Source: the human T2T-CHM13v2.0 reference genome, Homo sapiens. From it: 64,000 nt of DNA. The notes under the pieces were generated by a model. That model made no database searches. It was not told where the DNA came from and saw only the letters and a list, made by a program, of their open reading frames with translations. Shown here one piece after another: positions 51,846 through 64,000 of this stretch; within the stretch, counting starts at the first letter, position 1, and each line of letters starts with the position of its first letter. The DNA is taken from assembly GCF_009914755.1 (NCBI RefSeq), contig NC_060927.1; one strand, given 5' to 3'. Position numbers and translations under genes: made by a program.

Positions 51846-54322
51846 TTGCACGGGGTGAGGGCTAGTATGATGGGAAAGGCCAAATGGAAGCCATTAGAGC
51901 TGCATCTACCTAGAAAAATAGTAAATCAAAAACAACATTGCAACCCTGAAGGGATTGTGGCGATTACTGCCACCATCAAGGACTTGAAAGACTCAGGGGT
52001 GGCAATTCCCACCACATTTCCATTCATCTCTCCCATTTGGTCTGTGCAGAAGACAGATGGATCTTGGGGAATGACAGTGGATTATCATAAGCTTAACCAA
52101 GTGGTGACTCCAATTGCAGCTGCTGTACCAGAAGTGATTTTATTGCTTGAGCAAATTAACACATCTCCTGGTACCTGGTATGCAGCCATTGACTTGGCAA
52201 ATGCCTTTTTCTCCATTTCTCTCCATAAGGCACACCAGAAGCAATTTGTCTTCAGCTGGCAAGGCCAGCAATATACCTTTACTGTCCTACCTCAGGGCTA
52301 TCTCAACTCTCCAGCTTTTTGTCACAATCTTATTCAGAAATACCTTGATCATTTTTCGCCTCCACAAGATATCACACTGGTCCATTACATTGATGACATT
52401 ATGCTGATTGGATCCAGTGAGCAGTCTTGCAAACACACCGGACTTATTGGTGAGACATTTGCATGCCAGAGGATGGGGAATAAATCTGACTAAAATTCAG
52501 GGAACTCCTACCTCAGTGAAATTTCTAGGGGTCCAGTGGTGTGGGGCCTGTCAAGATACTCCTTCTAAGGTGAAGGATAAGTTGCCACCTTTGGACCCTC
52601 CTACAACCAAGAAAGAGGCACAATGCCTAGTGGGCCTATTTGGATTTTGGAGGCAACACATTCCTCACTTGGGTTTGTTACTCCAGCCCATTTACCAAGT
52701 GACCTGAAAGGCTGCCAGTTTTAAGTGAAGTCCAGAACAGGAGAGGCTCTGCAACAGGTCCAGGCTGCTGTGTAAGCTGCTCTGCCATTTGGGCCATATG
52801 ACGCAGCAGATCCAATGGTGCTTGAGGTGTCAGTGGCAGATGGGGATGCTGTTTGGAGCCTTTGGCAGGCCCAATAGGTGAATCACAGTGGAGGCCTCTA
52901 GGATTTTCGAGCAAGGCCCTGCCATCTTCTGCAGATAACTACTCTCCTTTCGAGAGACGGTTCTTGGTCTGTTATGGGGCTTTGCTGGAAATTGAACATT
53001 TGACCAAGGGTCATCAAGTCACCATGTGACTTGAACTGCCTATCATGAACTGGGTGCTTTCTGACCCATCCAGCCATAAAGTGGGTCATGGCACAGCAGC
53101 AGCATTGTATCATCAGATGGAAGTGCTGTATATGTGATCGGGCTCAGGCAGGTCCTGAAGGCACAAGTAAGTTACGTGAGGAAGTGGCTCAAATGCCCAT
53201 GGTCTCCACTCCTGTCACCCTGTCTTCTCAACCCCAGCCTGCACTAATGATAGCCTCATGGAGAGTTCCCTATGATTGGTTGATAGAGGAAGAGAAGACT
53301 AGGGCCTGGTTTACAGATTGTTCTGCACGATATGCAGGCAGCACCAGAAAGTGGACAGCTGCAGCACTACAGTCCCTTTCTAGGACATCCCTGAAGGACA
53401 GCAGTGAAGGCAAATCTTCCCAATGGGCAGAACTTCGAGAAGTGCACCGTGTTGTGCACTTTGCATGGAAGAAGAAATGGCCAGATGTGCGATTATATAC
53501 TGATTCATGGGCCGTAGCCAATGATTTGGCTGGATGGTCAGGGACCTGGAAGAAGCTTGATTGGAAAACTGGTGACAAAGAAATTTGGCGAAGAGGTATG
53601 TGGATTGACCTCTCTGAGTGGTCAAAAACTATGAAGATATTTGTATCACGTGTGAGTGCTCAGCAATGGGTGACCTTAGCAGAGGAGGAGTTTAATAATC
53701 AAGTGTATAGAATGACCTGTTCTGTGGACACCACTCAGCCTCTTTCACCAGCCACCCTTGTCATCACCCAATGGGTCCATGAACAAAGTGACCATGTTGG
53801 CAGGGATGGAGGTTACTCATGGGCTCAGCAACATGGACTTCCACTCACCAAGGCTGACCTGGCTACAGCTACTGCTGAGTGCCCAATTTGCCAGCAGCAG
53901 AGACCAACACAGAGCCTTTGATATGGCACCATTCCTTGGGATGATCAGACAGCTGTCTGGTGGCACGTTCATTAAATTGGACCTCTTTCATCACGGAAAG
54001 GGCAGAGGTTTGTCCTCACTGGAATAGGCTCTTACTCCAATATGGGTTTGCCTATCCTACACACAATGCTTCTGCCAAGACTACCATCTGTGGACTCACA
54101 GAATGCCTTATTCACCAGCATGGTATTCCATACAGCATTGCCTCTGACCAAAGCACTCACTTTATGGCTAACGAAGTGCGGCAGTGGGCTTATGCTCATG
54201 GAATTCACTGGTCTTACCATGTTCCCCAACATCCTAAAGCAGCTGGATTAATAGAACTGTGGAATGGCCTTTTGAAGTCACAATTACAACGCCAACTAGG
54301 TGACAATACTTTGCAAGGATAG
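51846..54322 (+). pseudogene. pol: Disrupted HERV-L pol (RT, RNase H, integrase)
   Basis: IDLANAFF, LPQGYLNSP, YIDD; WFTD, AEL, YTDS; HH-CC zinc finger (HEQSDH..CPIC); SDQSTHF, GLIE; several stops and frameshifts. Confidence 0.93.
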
Positions 54323-54343
54323 GGCAGAGTTCTCCAGAAGGCC

Positions 54344-54904
54344 GTGTATGCTCTGAATCAGTGTTCAATATATGTTACTTTTTCTCTCATAGCCAGGATT
54401 TGCAGGTCCAGGAATCAAGGGGTAGAAGTGGGAGTGGCACCACTCACCATCACCCCTAGTGATCCACTAGCAAAAGTTTTGCTTCCTGTTCCCAAGATAC
54501 TACGTTCTGCCGGCCTAGAGGTCTTAGTTCCAGAGGGAGGAATGCTGCGACCAGGAGACACAACAACAATTCCATTAAACTGGAAGTTAAGGTTGCCACC
54601 TGGACACTTTGGGCTCCTTCTGCCTTTAAGTCAACAGGCTAAGAAGGGAGTTAAAGTGTTGGCTGGGGTGATTGACCTGGACTATCAAGATGAAATCAGT
54701 CTACTCCACAATGGAGGTAAGGAAGAGTATGCATGGAATACAGGAGATACATTAGGGCATCTCTTATTATTCCCATGCCCTGTGATTAAGGTCAATTGGA
54801 AACTACAACAGCCCAATCCAGGCAGGACTACAAATGGCCCAGATTCCTCAGGAATGAAGGTTTGGGTCACTCCACCAGGAAAAAAAAAAAGCAACAAACC
54901 ATGA
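54344..54904 (+). pseudogene. Integrase C-terminal region plus HERV-L dUTPase relic
   Basis: RSAGLEV, LPPGHFGLLL, LAGVIDLDYQDEI motifs. Confidence 0.85.
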
Positions 54905-57394
54905 CCTGCTGAGATGCTTGCTGAAGGCAAAGGGAATACAGAATGGGAAGTAGAAGAAGGTAGTCGTCAATACCAGCTACGACCACGTGACCAGCTGCAG
55001 AAACGAAGACTGTAATTGTCATGAGTATTTCCTCCTTCTTTTGTGAAAAACATGTTTGTGCATGTATACACTTGTACTAAGAAAATATCTTTATTTTATT
55101 TCCTTTTCCTTTATCATGTGACATAAGATGTACTGACTTCATATAAGCGTTTAAATATTGTTAACTTTAAGTAACAGTATTTGTGTTGGGGATTGTTGCA
55201 TTTCCGGTTGTTTGAAGGATAGTTGTATTATGCTAGGCCTAATTATGACCTTATTATTGTCTTTATTTGAAGATTATTTATGATCTCAGGAGATGTTTAT
55301 GGGTTCAAGTTGACACGGAGTGGACTTGTGGTGGTTAATACTGAGTGTCAAATTGATTGGATTGAAGGATACAAAGTACTAATCCTGGGTGTGTCTGTGT
55401 GGGTATTGCCAAAAGAGATTAACATTTGAGTCAGTGGGCTGGGGAAGGCAGATCCACCCTTAATCTAGTGGGCACAAACTAATCAGCTTCCAGCAAATGT
55501 AAAGCAGGCAGAAAAACGTGAAGAAGAGAGACTGGCCTAGCCTCCCAGCCTACATCTTTCTCCCGTGCTGGATGCTTCCTGCCCTCGAATATCGAACCCC
55601 AGGTTCTTCTGTTTTGGAACTCAGACTGGCCCTCCTTGCTCCTCAGCTTGCAGACAGCCTATTGTGAGACCTTGTGATTATGGAAGTTAATACGTAATAA
55701 ACTCCCCTTTTTATATATATCTATATATAGATCTTAGTTCTGTCCCTCTAGAGAACCCTAACAGAGGCCTCAAATTCTTTTTTAAAAACTTTTTCAATTT
55801 TGTAATTGATATATAATAGATGTGCATTCTTTTATCTTCTCTATCAAATGGGCTTTTCCTCCTCAATTCCAAATTTCTATGAAATGCAGTATTATTGAAG
55901 CAGTCTTGAAATGAAGCTTAAAGATGTAGAGAACATTGTAACTCACAAAACATTAGAAGTGTGGGCTTTTTAAGCCAAAAGAGAATCATAAAGTTCAGCT
56001 GTCTTGTTTCTTGTAAGTCTGGAAATTTCTTTCCTTCATTCAGTGCATCGGTTTGCAGTGAAATTGTATTTATTATTCTTTTTAAGTGTTTATTTATTTT
56101 TCTTTTTAAGTGTTTATTTCTCACATCCATTTATTCTCATTTCTACCTAACCCTTTCATGCAAACATTCATTCCTTTATCCGTTGACTCCATCATTCATT
56201 CATTCCACTGATATTTATCAAGCATCATTAAATGGTATGTATTGAGCAAGACAGTGAGGATATGGCAGTAAATAAGATCCAGCACCTGCCCTGCAAAGTT
56301 ATGATAAATATTTATGCAAATCTATGTTCATTAGTAATAACGGAAACTAAATTCTGACCTCAGTAGTCAGGCTTATTGCTTATTCACTTTTTCTCCTCCG
56401 TGGCTCTAGAATTAAGCTTTTTGGGGTTGCAAATGCTTTGTGTTAGGATATTTTCATTTGTCTCTATTTATATGAGTCTATGGGGAAACATCTCTTCTAC
56501 TTGTACCATGATCTTCTCATAGTTCACCTCAAAAATTGGCACTGGTGGTTTGGTTTTAATCTGATGATTTTCAAAAAGCACCTTGCAAATTTCCTGGCAT
56601 TCTATACAGTTTCTTTGACTAACACTTCAGGATAGAAAAGGAATGGGAGCAAGACGTTGGGCTCCTTCCTTCAACTAGAACAATGTCATATTTATCATGA
56701 TACATTAATCACTTACAAGACCTTCAAGGACAGGGTTCTGAGGTTTTGAAAAATGTTTAAAAAAATTAATATCCTATTTACAATAAAAATTCACTTTTAA
56801 TTTTGTATTTCTTCAGGTAATTATAGTTCAATATGAAAAATAGTGATAAAGGTCTTTTATGAACATTTACCATGTGATTTTTAATTCTCCCAACAACAGG
56901 AGGTACCATAATTTTGCCTGCCTATTCAGGTGAATAAGTTTGGGGTCAGATGGGTTTGAATTGACTTTTCCTATATCCCCTAGCTTATAGGGCAGAGCCA
57001 AGAAAAAAGTCTGACATATTTGACTCAATGCTTTGCCTTTAACCACTCTACTCTTCTGCTTTATGTAGTTTGTAGACTGCTCTCCCCCTTTCACCACCCT
57101 GCATTATTTCACTCTTTCTTTTGATTTTTTTTTCCAAGTCACATGTGCAATAGTCCCTTGCTTTTTGTTTACCTTTTTGTGTCTGTTTGTTTGGTTTCTG
57201 TTTTCTTAAAAAAACACAATTGCATGCCTCTGATTCCTTCTCCCACCAATCTGTGCCCCACACTTATCAAATTAATCTACCCCAATACCATTCTCTTCAT
57301 TTCTTTGTCTTATTTAAAATCTTCTGATTATCCCTATTTCCTACAGTGATATTTCCCAAAACATGTTCTCCAAGCTGTTAATATTCTATGTAAA

Positions 57395-57485
57395 TGAAAG
57401 AAAAAGGAAGAAAGAAAAAGAAAGGAAGAAAAGAAGGAGGAAGAAAAAGAAGGGAGGGAGAAAAAAGGAAAGAAAAAGAAAAGAC
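57395..57485. repeat. GA-rich low-complexity tract
   Basis: Direct read. Confidence 0.85.
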
Positions 57486-57736
57486 AAACTCGTGAGTTTG
57501 GAAAGCACTTTCATTACAGAAAGATTTATCTGACTATTATGTTAATATCCATGTGACAGTAATAAAGAAATCATCTATTGGAGATAAATATAGAATAGTT
57601 TCAAAACTTGCTTTCTCTAAATCAGAGTGTCTGGGTTTAAGTGACCTTTCCCAATGTTCTATGTTCTTTGTCAAATGTCTTCGTCTCTCTGATTTTAGTT
57701 CCCTGATCTGCAAAATAAGATAATGATTATGACCTC

Positions 57737-58242
57737 TGAAATGGCCTGCAATTATCCTCTCACACTGTGTTCACACACTTGGTAGTCTCTTCCCCCATGA
57801 GAAAGGACCGACTTTTATAGCCCATAGGATGTTGCAGAGTTGTATTCAAAGCTGAGTCATGAAAGACACTGTATCTCTTCCTTGCTCTCTCTTGGATAAC
57901 TTGTTCTGGAGGAAGCCAACTGCCATGTCATGAGGATCCTCAAAGAGCCCATTAGAATGCCTACGTAGAGAAAAAGCCTTCAACTAATAACCAGCACCAA
58001 CATGGCAGCCATGTGAGCAAGCCAACTGGGAAGTGCACCCTGAGGACATAATCAAGCTCTCAGAGTACTTCAGCTAAGGCTGATGACTTGACTGCAACTA
58101 ACTGAGACATGTTGAGCCTGAACTCCCAGTCAAGATGCTACCAAACTCTTGGCCCATAGAAAAGGTGAGAGAATAAATGTTCAAAGTTGTTTTAAGCCAG
58201 TTTTTAGGGTAATTTGTTACACAACAATAAATAATAAATACA
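57737..58242 (+). mobile_element. MLT1 (MLT1F-like) solo LTR inside a MIR
   Basis: ggaggaagccaactgccatgtcatgagga; aataaatgtt...ttttaagcca...gggtaatttgttacacaacaata...aataca. Confidence 0.8.
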
Positions 58243-59440
58243 ATGATAATGATGTTGGTGATGATAGTATCTACCTACCAAAAAACAACAAATGATAATG
58301 CAAGTAACAAACTTAGCCATGGTTTAGGGCAAGAGTAAGCATTAAACCAAAGTTCAACATTAATAATAGAGGTAAAAGTCATATGAAGCATATCTTAAAT
58401 ACATGATTTCCTCTTTTTATGGAGCAGTAAGGAAATTGTGCTTTCTGAAATACACTTTGAAGAAACCTTCTCTAGAGTCTAAATATTCTAGGTGTTTATA
58501 TGAGGCATCCCTATCTGGGTCTCACCCATTTCCCCAAATTGCTCTCTAACTCTGCAAAAATAGACCTTGTATTTTGCACAGTCTACCTCTAAACTTATTA
58601 TCCCATTCAGCGTCATAAGGCTTCCTCTTCATATTCCCTTCTGTCCTATAAGACATGTTTTAAATCCCACCCTCATGAAATTCCACATATAGATGATTTC
58701 TGTGGGGCCAAGACTATGTGTGAGGTTCTCAAACGTGGGATCAAGTTTTAATTATTCAAATCACCTTGGTTTGAATAATTAGACAGTATTACACAATGGT
58801 CAAGAAGTAGAGAAGTGCAGGAATATACCTCATATAGCTAGCCAAAAACAACAACAAACTTTTAAACTAAAAACAATGCAAAACCAGCCACCACAAACCT
58901 TAGATAGTAAATACTGCAAATAATGAAAAATTAGCAGTGTAAAAAAGTCATATGTAGATATGAAGAAGGAGTTAAATAAATACAATGAAAGAAAAAAATA
59001 TGGACTGTTTGGTAGTAGGAAAAAAAATCCAAGACACCAAGAGTTAAGCCTCCTGCCAGTTTCCTCTTTTTTGTGATCTGAAATCTACTTGGTATTTTAG
59101 TTTCTTTTCCTCAGAGAAGAAAGAAAAAAGAGAAGAACTTGAATATTAAACACCATTAAATTCCATTAAGAAATTATTTTGAGAAAATACTTTTTGGAAA
59201 AAAATTTTTTTTTTTCTGAATCAACCAGATATCTTTTCTCTTAAGGCTGAAGTTTTGTGAAAAACACATCCAGAATCAATTAACTAAAGAGTTGTTAAAT
59301 TTGTTATTTCGTATACTTGAGTAATGAAGAAGCCTAAAATGTTACATAATTAGAGGTAGATAACAATGTAAGCATTTATTTCCAATGTAATAATTTGGTA
59401 TCAAAGAGATAGCCAACTCTTTCATGATTATCCAAGTTAA

Positions 59441-59860
<420 letters not shown>

Positions 59861-62149
59861 AAAACTTTCAAATGGTATTAATTTGGGACTATTTGCTGAA
59901 AATGGTGGAGCCATAATTTGTAAGGGCCAGAACTCACCTCCCACACAAACTCCTTATACTGGAGTGAGTGAGCAAATAATCACTGAGATTTCAAGGTTGC
60001 TCCTTATAGCAGCTAACATTTCTTACCCTGACAGAAACCGAGGCCCAGAAAGGTGACTGCATGCCAATGGCTCTTTAGTGAAGAAAAGGATCTGGAGACT
60101 TCACCATTTTCTTCCCCTTATTTTTGAAAACCAATTTGTAAAAGGTCTCTGTTTGCAAGTAATCACTTGTTCCTTCTCATAGCTTACCTCAGATGAATGT
60201 AAAAACTTCATTAAATGACCGTGACATTAAACCAAGTCATTATATCATAAAATTACAGTGGCAACTATTCAAAAACATTTAGAGCAGCTTCAAAATATAG
60301 CACATCTATTTACCTAAATGAAGTTACGTTGCTTTAACTTTCTACTTTTACCAAGTAATAGGTGAGTTCAACCTGACATGATACAAAGGGTTTCACAGTC
60401 TCACCAGTAAGAATTCATGTACTTCAGACAATCCCGTCTCTCCTTCCCCACACAATTTGTTCTGCTTGAAATTTAATTTTATGGGAATTTCTTACTTTAA
60501 CAATCTCACAATGTAGGGCATAGTGTCTTTAAACACAGTCCTAAATAGAAACCCTAATAAATCACCATGTTTTGGATAAGAGCCATGTCTACAGTATAAA
60601 TTGGAATGGAAGATAAATGATTCTGCAGAGGGACATTCACCTAAATAGGTTTATCCTCAGTAAAAATGACAATTCCCTACCTGGGTTGTAGGAATATAAT
60701 GGAATCTCCAGGGAAGTTGGAAAGTTGAGATGTCAGTAAAGTGAAATCAAGTATTTTCTATTCAATAGCTATGCCTGGGCTAGTTCCGACCAAGCGTCAA
60801 GGATACCAATAGCAAAAGACTAAGCAATGGAGACGTTTATAGCCACATTTTCTTCAGGTGAGGCTAAGATGAGGATAGAAACAGAAATTTGTATCTGGGG
60901 ACAGAACGGTCAAGAGCAAAAGGCGAGCAAAAGGCAAACAAAAGACAAGAGCAAGGCCATGCTGTCCCATTTAGGAGGGACAAAGGGAGGTGCTGACTCA
61001 GCCCAAAAGAGTAACCATGTCAGAGGAGAGAAGAGGGGTCTAGGAGAACAGAGGAAGGAGAACATGGGATGTAAAATTTTTTAAACCTGGACTTAAAGTC
61101 CAATTCTGCTATGATAGAATGACTCTTGGGAAGTCACCCTTTCTCTCTAAGCCTATTCCTTTATTTGTATTATGGTAATACAGAATTGCATCTGATGGGA
61201 GTTTATCTTAGGCAAATTCAAATATAAACACTCTGTTAGAGGAAAAGAAGTAATTTAATTAGTGCAAGAGTTCTGCTAGCCATAAATGGCAATAGCATGT
61301 GTGCCAAAAATCTGGACTATTGTTCCCGCATTACATGTGCTTCTCACAGTGTATGCTAGACTGTAAGCCTGCCGAGGCCAAGAATATAGTCTCTCTGTTT
61401 CATGACTGTATATACAACACCTATGATAATGCCTTATATGTAAGAGAGGTCATAAATATTTATGAAAAGAGGTAAGAAAGAAGAACGGGAGGGAAAGAAA
61501 TGAAGAAATAGCATGCATCTTGCTATACTGAACATGTCTCTATTTTCTTGAACAGCATGATCCCATAGAGAAGCCATCCACTTTACCAGGCATGAGTGGA
61601 AGAAACAGCAACGAATCCTAATACTTGCAGGAAAACTGAGTGTGTTGGAGTTTTTTAAAGAAAAAATTCTCAGAGGTAATTTTGACTATATACAATTTTC
61701 TCTTTATGTACTTTAGAACCCCACTGCCAAATAAGATGCAATTCTACCATAATAATAATTGTAACAACATCTGCATAACCTAACTCACTAGGCTCATATA
61801 AGAACACAATAAGATTAAAATCTAGAATGGCACTCTGCATAATAGTGTTGTAACATGCAAATGTCAGGTGTAAATGATTTGTATAATTATCTGGCACCAC
61901 CTACTAGCATACTCTCTTCTACTGAATTCTGTTAAAAAACACAACGACTGTATAGTTTCTTTAGTTACCTGACAAAAGGAATGTCTGCGGTTGAACTACT
62001 GGAGATGTTGATACCCGAAGGTTAGGAAAACTAGCGAAGGGAGGAAATATCTGCTACTCATTTCATCAACTGGATAGCCTTATAGCACTATTGACATCCT
62101 CATCTGGGCTCTGTGGGGTTTATCACAGAGATGTTCACCAACAAAAGCT

Positions 62150-63695
62150 ATTGCTACCATCGTTAAGCTTGTAAGCATCCATTCATTACTACTGTACTTT
62201 CTTCATTAAGTTCCTTTAACTTAGCTCTGTCCTTTTTCCTCATTTCTCAGACTCCTCCTTTTAAGTAATGTTTCTTCAGCTTCTTTAATCTTCCAGACCT
62301 GTAAATGATGGAATGCCATGAAACCTCAGTCCTCAAACCTGTGAACAAAAAAGTATCTGAGACAGGTCTCAATCAATTTTGAAAGTTTGCTTTGCCAAGG
62401 TTAAGGACACGCTGCTCATGACAGAGGCTCAGGAGGTCCTGATGACATGTGCTCAAGGTAGTCGGGGTTCAGCTTTGATTTTATACATTTTAGGAAGACA
62501 CGAGACATCAATTAATACATGTAAGATGTACACTGGTTTGGTCCAGAAAGGTGGGACAACTCGAAGCGGGGACTTCTGGACCATAGGTAGATTTAAAGAT
62601 TTTCTGATTGGTAATTGGTTGAAAGAGTTATTATCCAAAGAAAGGAATGTCTGGGTTATGATAAGGAGTTGTGGAGACCAAGATTTAATTATGCAGATGA
62701 AGCCTCCAGATAGCAGGCTTTAGAGAGAATAGATTGTAAATGTTTCTTATCAGACTTAAAGAGTCTATTCTATCAGTCTTTAGGTTTGTTTTGATGTTAA
62801 TGGTAATGAAGCATGTCTGACCACCTTCTCCTCCACCACTTCCCATTATGGCTTGAAGTAGTTTTTCAGGTTAACTTTGAAATGCCGTTGGCTGAGAGGA
62901 GGGGTCCATTCGGATAGTTGGGAGGGCTTAGAATTTTAGTTTTTGTTTACAGACCCCTTTGCTTTCTGCATTTATTTTCAAAGTAGTCTTGCCAACCTAG
63001 AAGATGGATTTAAATGCCATTGTATATGTTATCCCAAATGTATAATACAGCTTACACATGCCTCCTGAATGGTAGATAAAGTATCAAACTATCTACCTCC
63101 CATTTGGAGGTCTAATAGATCACTTGAACTTACCAAGTCTATTACCAAACTCTTTATTATTCTTCTAATGCCTGCCCAGCCTCTCTCTCAATTCAGAATA
63201 AGACTCAAAGTCCCCTATAGGGCATTACATAATGTGATGTCACACTAATTTTCTGATCTCATCTCATATTGCATTTCCTTCTACTTGGTGTCTCTCATCA
63301 CAGCCAGTACAATTATACCTCAGGACTTCTCCACGGGGAGTTCTCTCTGCCTGGAATCCTCTTCCTCCAGATAACGATGTGGCTTATTTTCTCACTTCAT
63401 TCACGTTTCTGGGAAAAATAATCTCTAATTGAAGAGTTGTTTTCTGACTACTTTATTTAATATACAAATTTTCTCCACGTTAGTTTTGTCACTCTTTATC
63501 CAATTTTTCTGCTTTATTTTTCTTTGTTGCACTCATTATTGTCTTACATATAATTTTTCTTCACCTCCCATACTGGACTGTTAACTCCATGCTCATAGAG
63601 ATTTTGCTTATTTAAATCCTATATGTGCAGCTTTTAGCATAATTTCTGACTCATAGTAGGAATTCAGGAAATATCTGTGAGGTGAATGAATAAAT
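62150..63695 (+). mobile_element. L2 remnant split by the MER4 LTR
   Basis: ctctgcctggaatcctcttcc; catagtagg...aatatctgtgaggtgaatgaataaat. Confidence 0.7.
62340..62951 (-). mobile_element. MER4-family (MER4B-like) ERV1 solo LTR
   Basis: tgtgaac...tatctgagacaggtctcaatc...tttgccaaggttaaggac...gtttaca; 4-bp TSD aacc/gacc. Confidence 0.85.
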
Positions 63696-63739
63696 ATATT
63701 TTTAGATTTTCTTTATACATAAAAGTGTCTATTCAAAAA

Positions 63740-64000
63740 TTTTTTTCAGATAATGCTGTCTTTGTGGTTCTGGAAATTGCTTTCTTACTTAGTAATATGC
63801 TCTAAGCATCTTTCTATAATACATCACCAAATATAGATCTAAATCATTTTTACTAGTCTCAGAGTATTTCATTGTATGGAGGTGCTGCGATTGATTTATT
63901 CAAACTCAACTGATGGACAGTTGGATTGTTTTCCTTTTTTTTCTATTTCAAACAATGCTTTAATAAATAAGCTTATATTGAAATCTTTTGTAATGCAATT
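63740..64000 (-). mobile_element. L1ME-like 3' region
   Basis: gagtatttcattgtatgg; tgatggacagttggattgttttcc. Confidence 0.6.

Larger units (their letters stand above)
51276..55765 (+). mobile_element. HERV-L provirus with MLT2A (MLT2A2-like) LTRs; gag/pro missing
   Basis: LTRs at 51276-51706 and 55327-55765; tRNA-Leu-type PBS tggtaccagaagtgg; PPT-like tract; TSD ggccc/ggcct; order RT-RNaseH-IN-dUTPase with no env. Confidence 0.95.

Overview
Primate genomic DNA, probably human (a very young L1 carries the ACG diagnostic of the human L1PA1/L1HS lineage). It is AT-rich, has no CpG island, and contains no host protein-coding or RNA gene that I can support, so it is intergenic or deep intronic. 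Much of the window is transposable-element derived: a full-length L1PB-type LINE with a 14-bp TSD, a young inverted L1 with a 15-bp TSD, an MLT2A-flanked HERV-L provirus lacking gag/pro, a full THE1 and a rearranged THE1, solo LTRs, Alus, Tigger/MER DNA transposons, and many MIR/L2/L1M fragments. Subfamily names come from recalled consensus features and need RepeatMasker/Dfam confirmation. I see no new gene system. The most unusual signal is a set of repair or template-switch scars. Three short segments (34, 67 and 23 bp) are copied in direct orientation from 1-2 kb away into the middle of L1 fossils. There is also a delins in one THE1 LTR, an inverted THE1 internal region, a foreign filler replacing HERV-L gag/pro, and a twin-primed L1 with a 7-nt priming stub followed by a jump of about 3.2 kb. 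DUX4-type motifs cluster in the LTRs at 47.7-55.8 kb.
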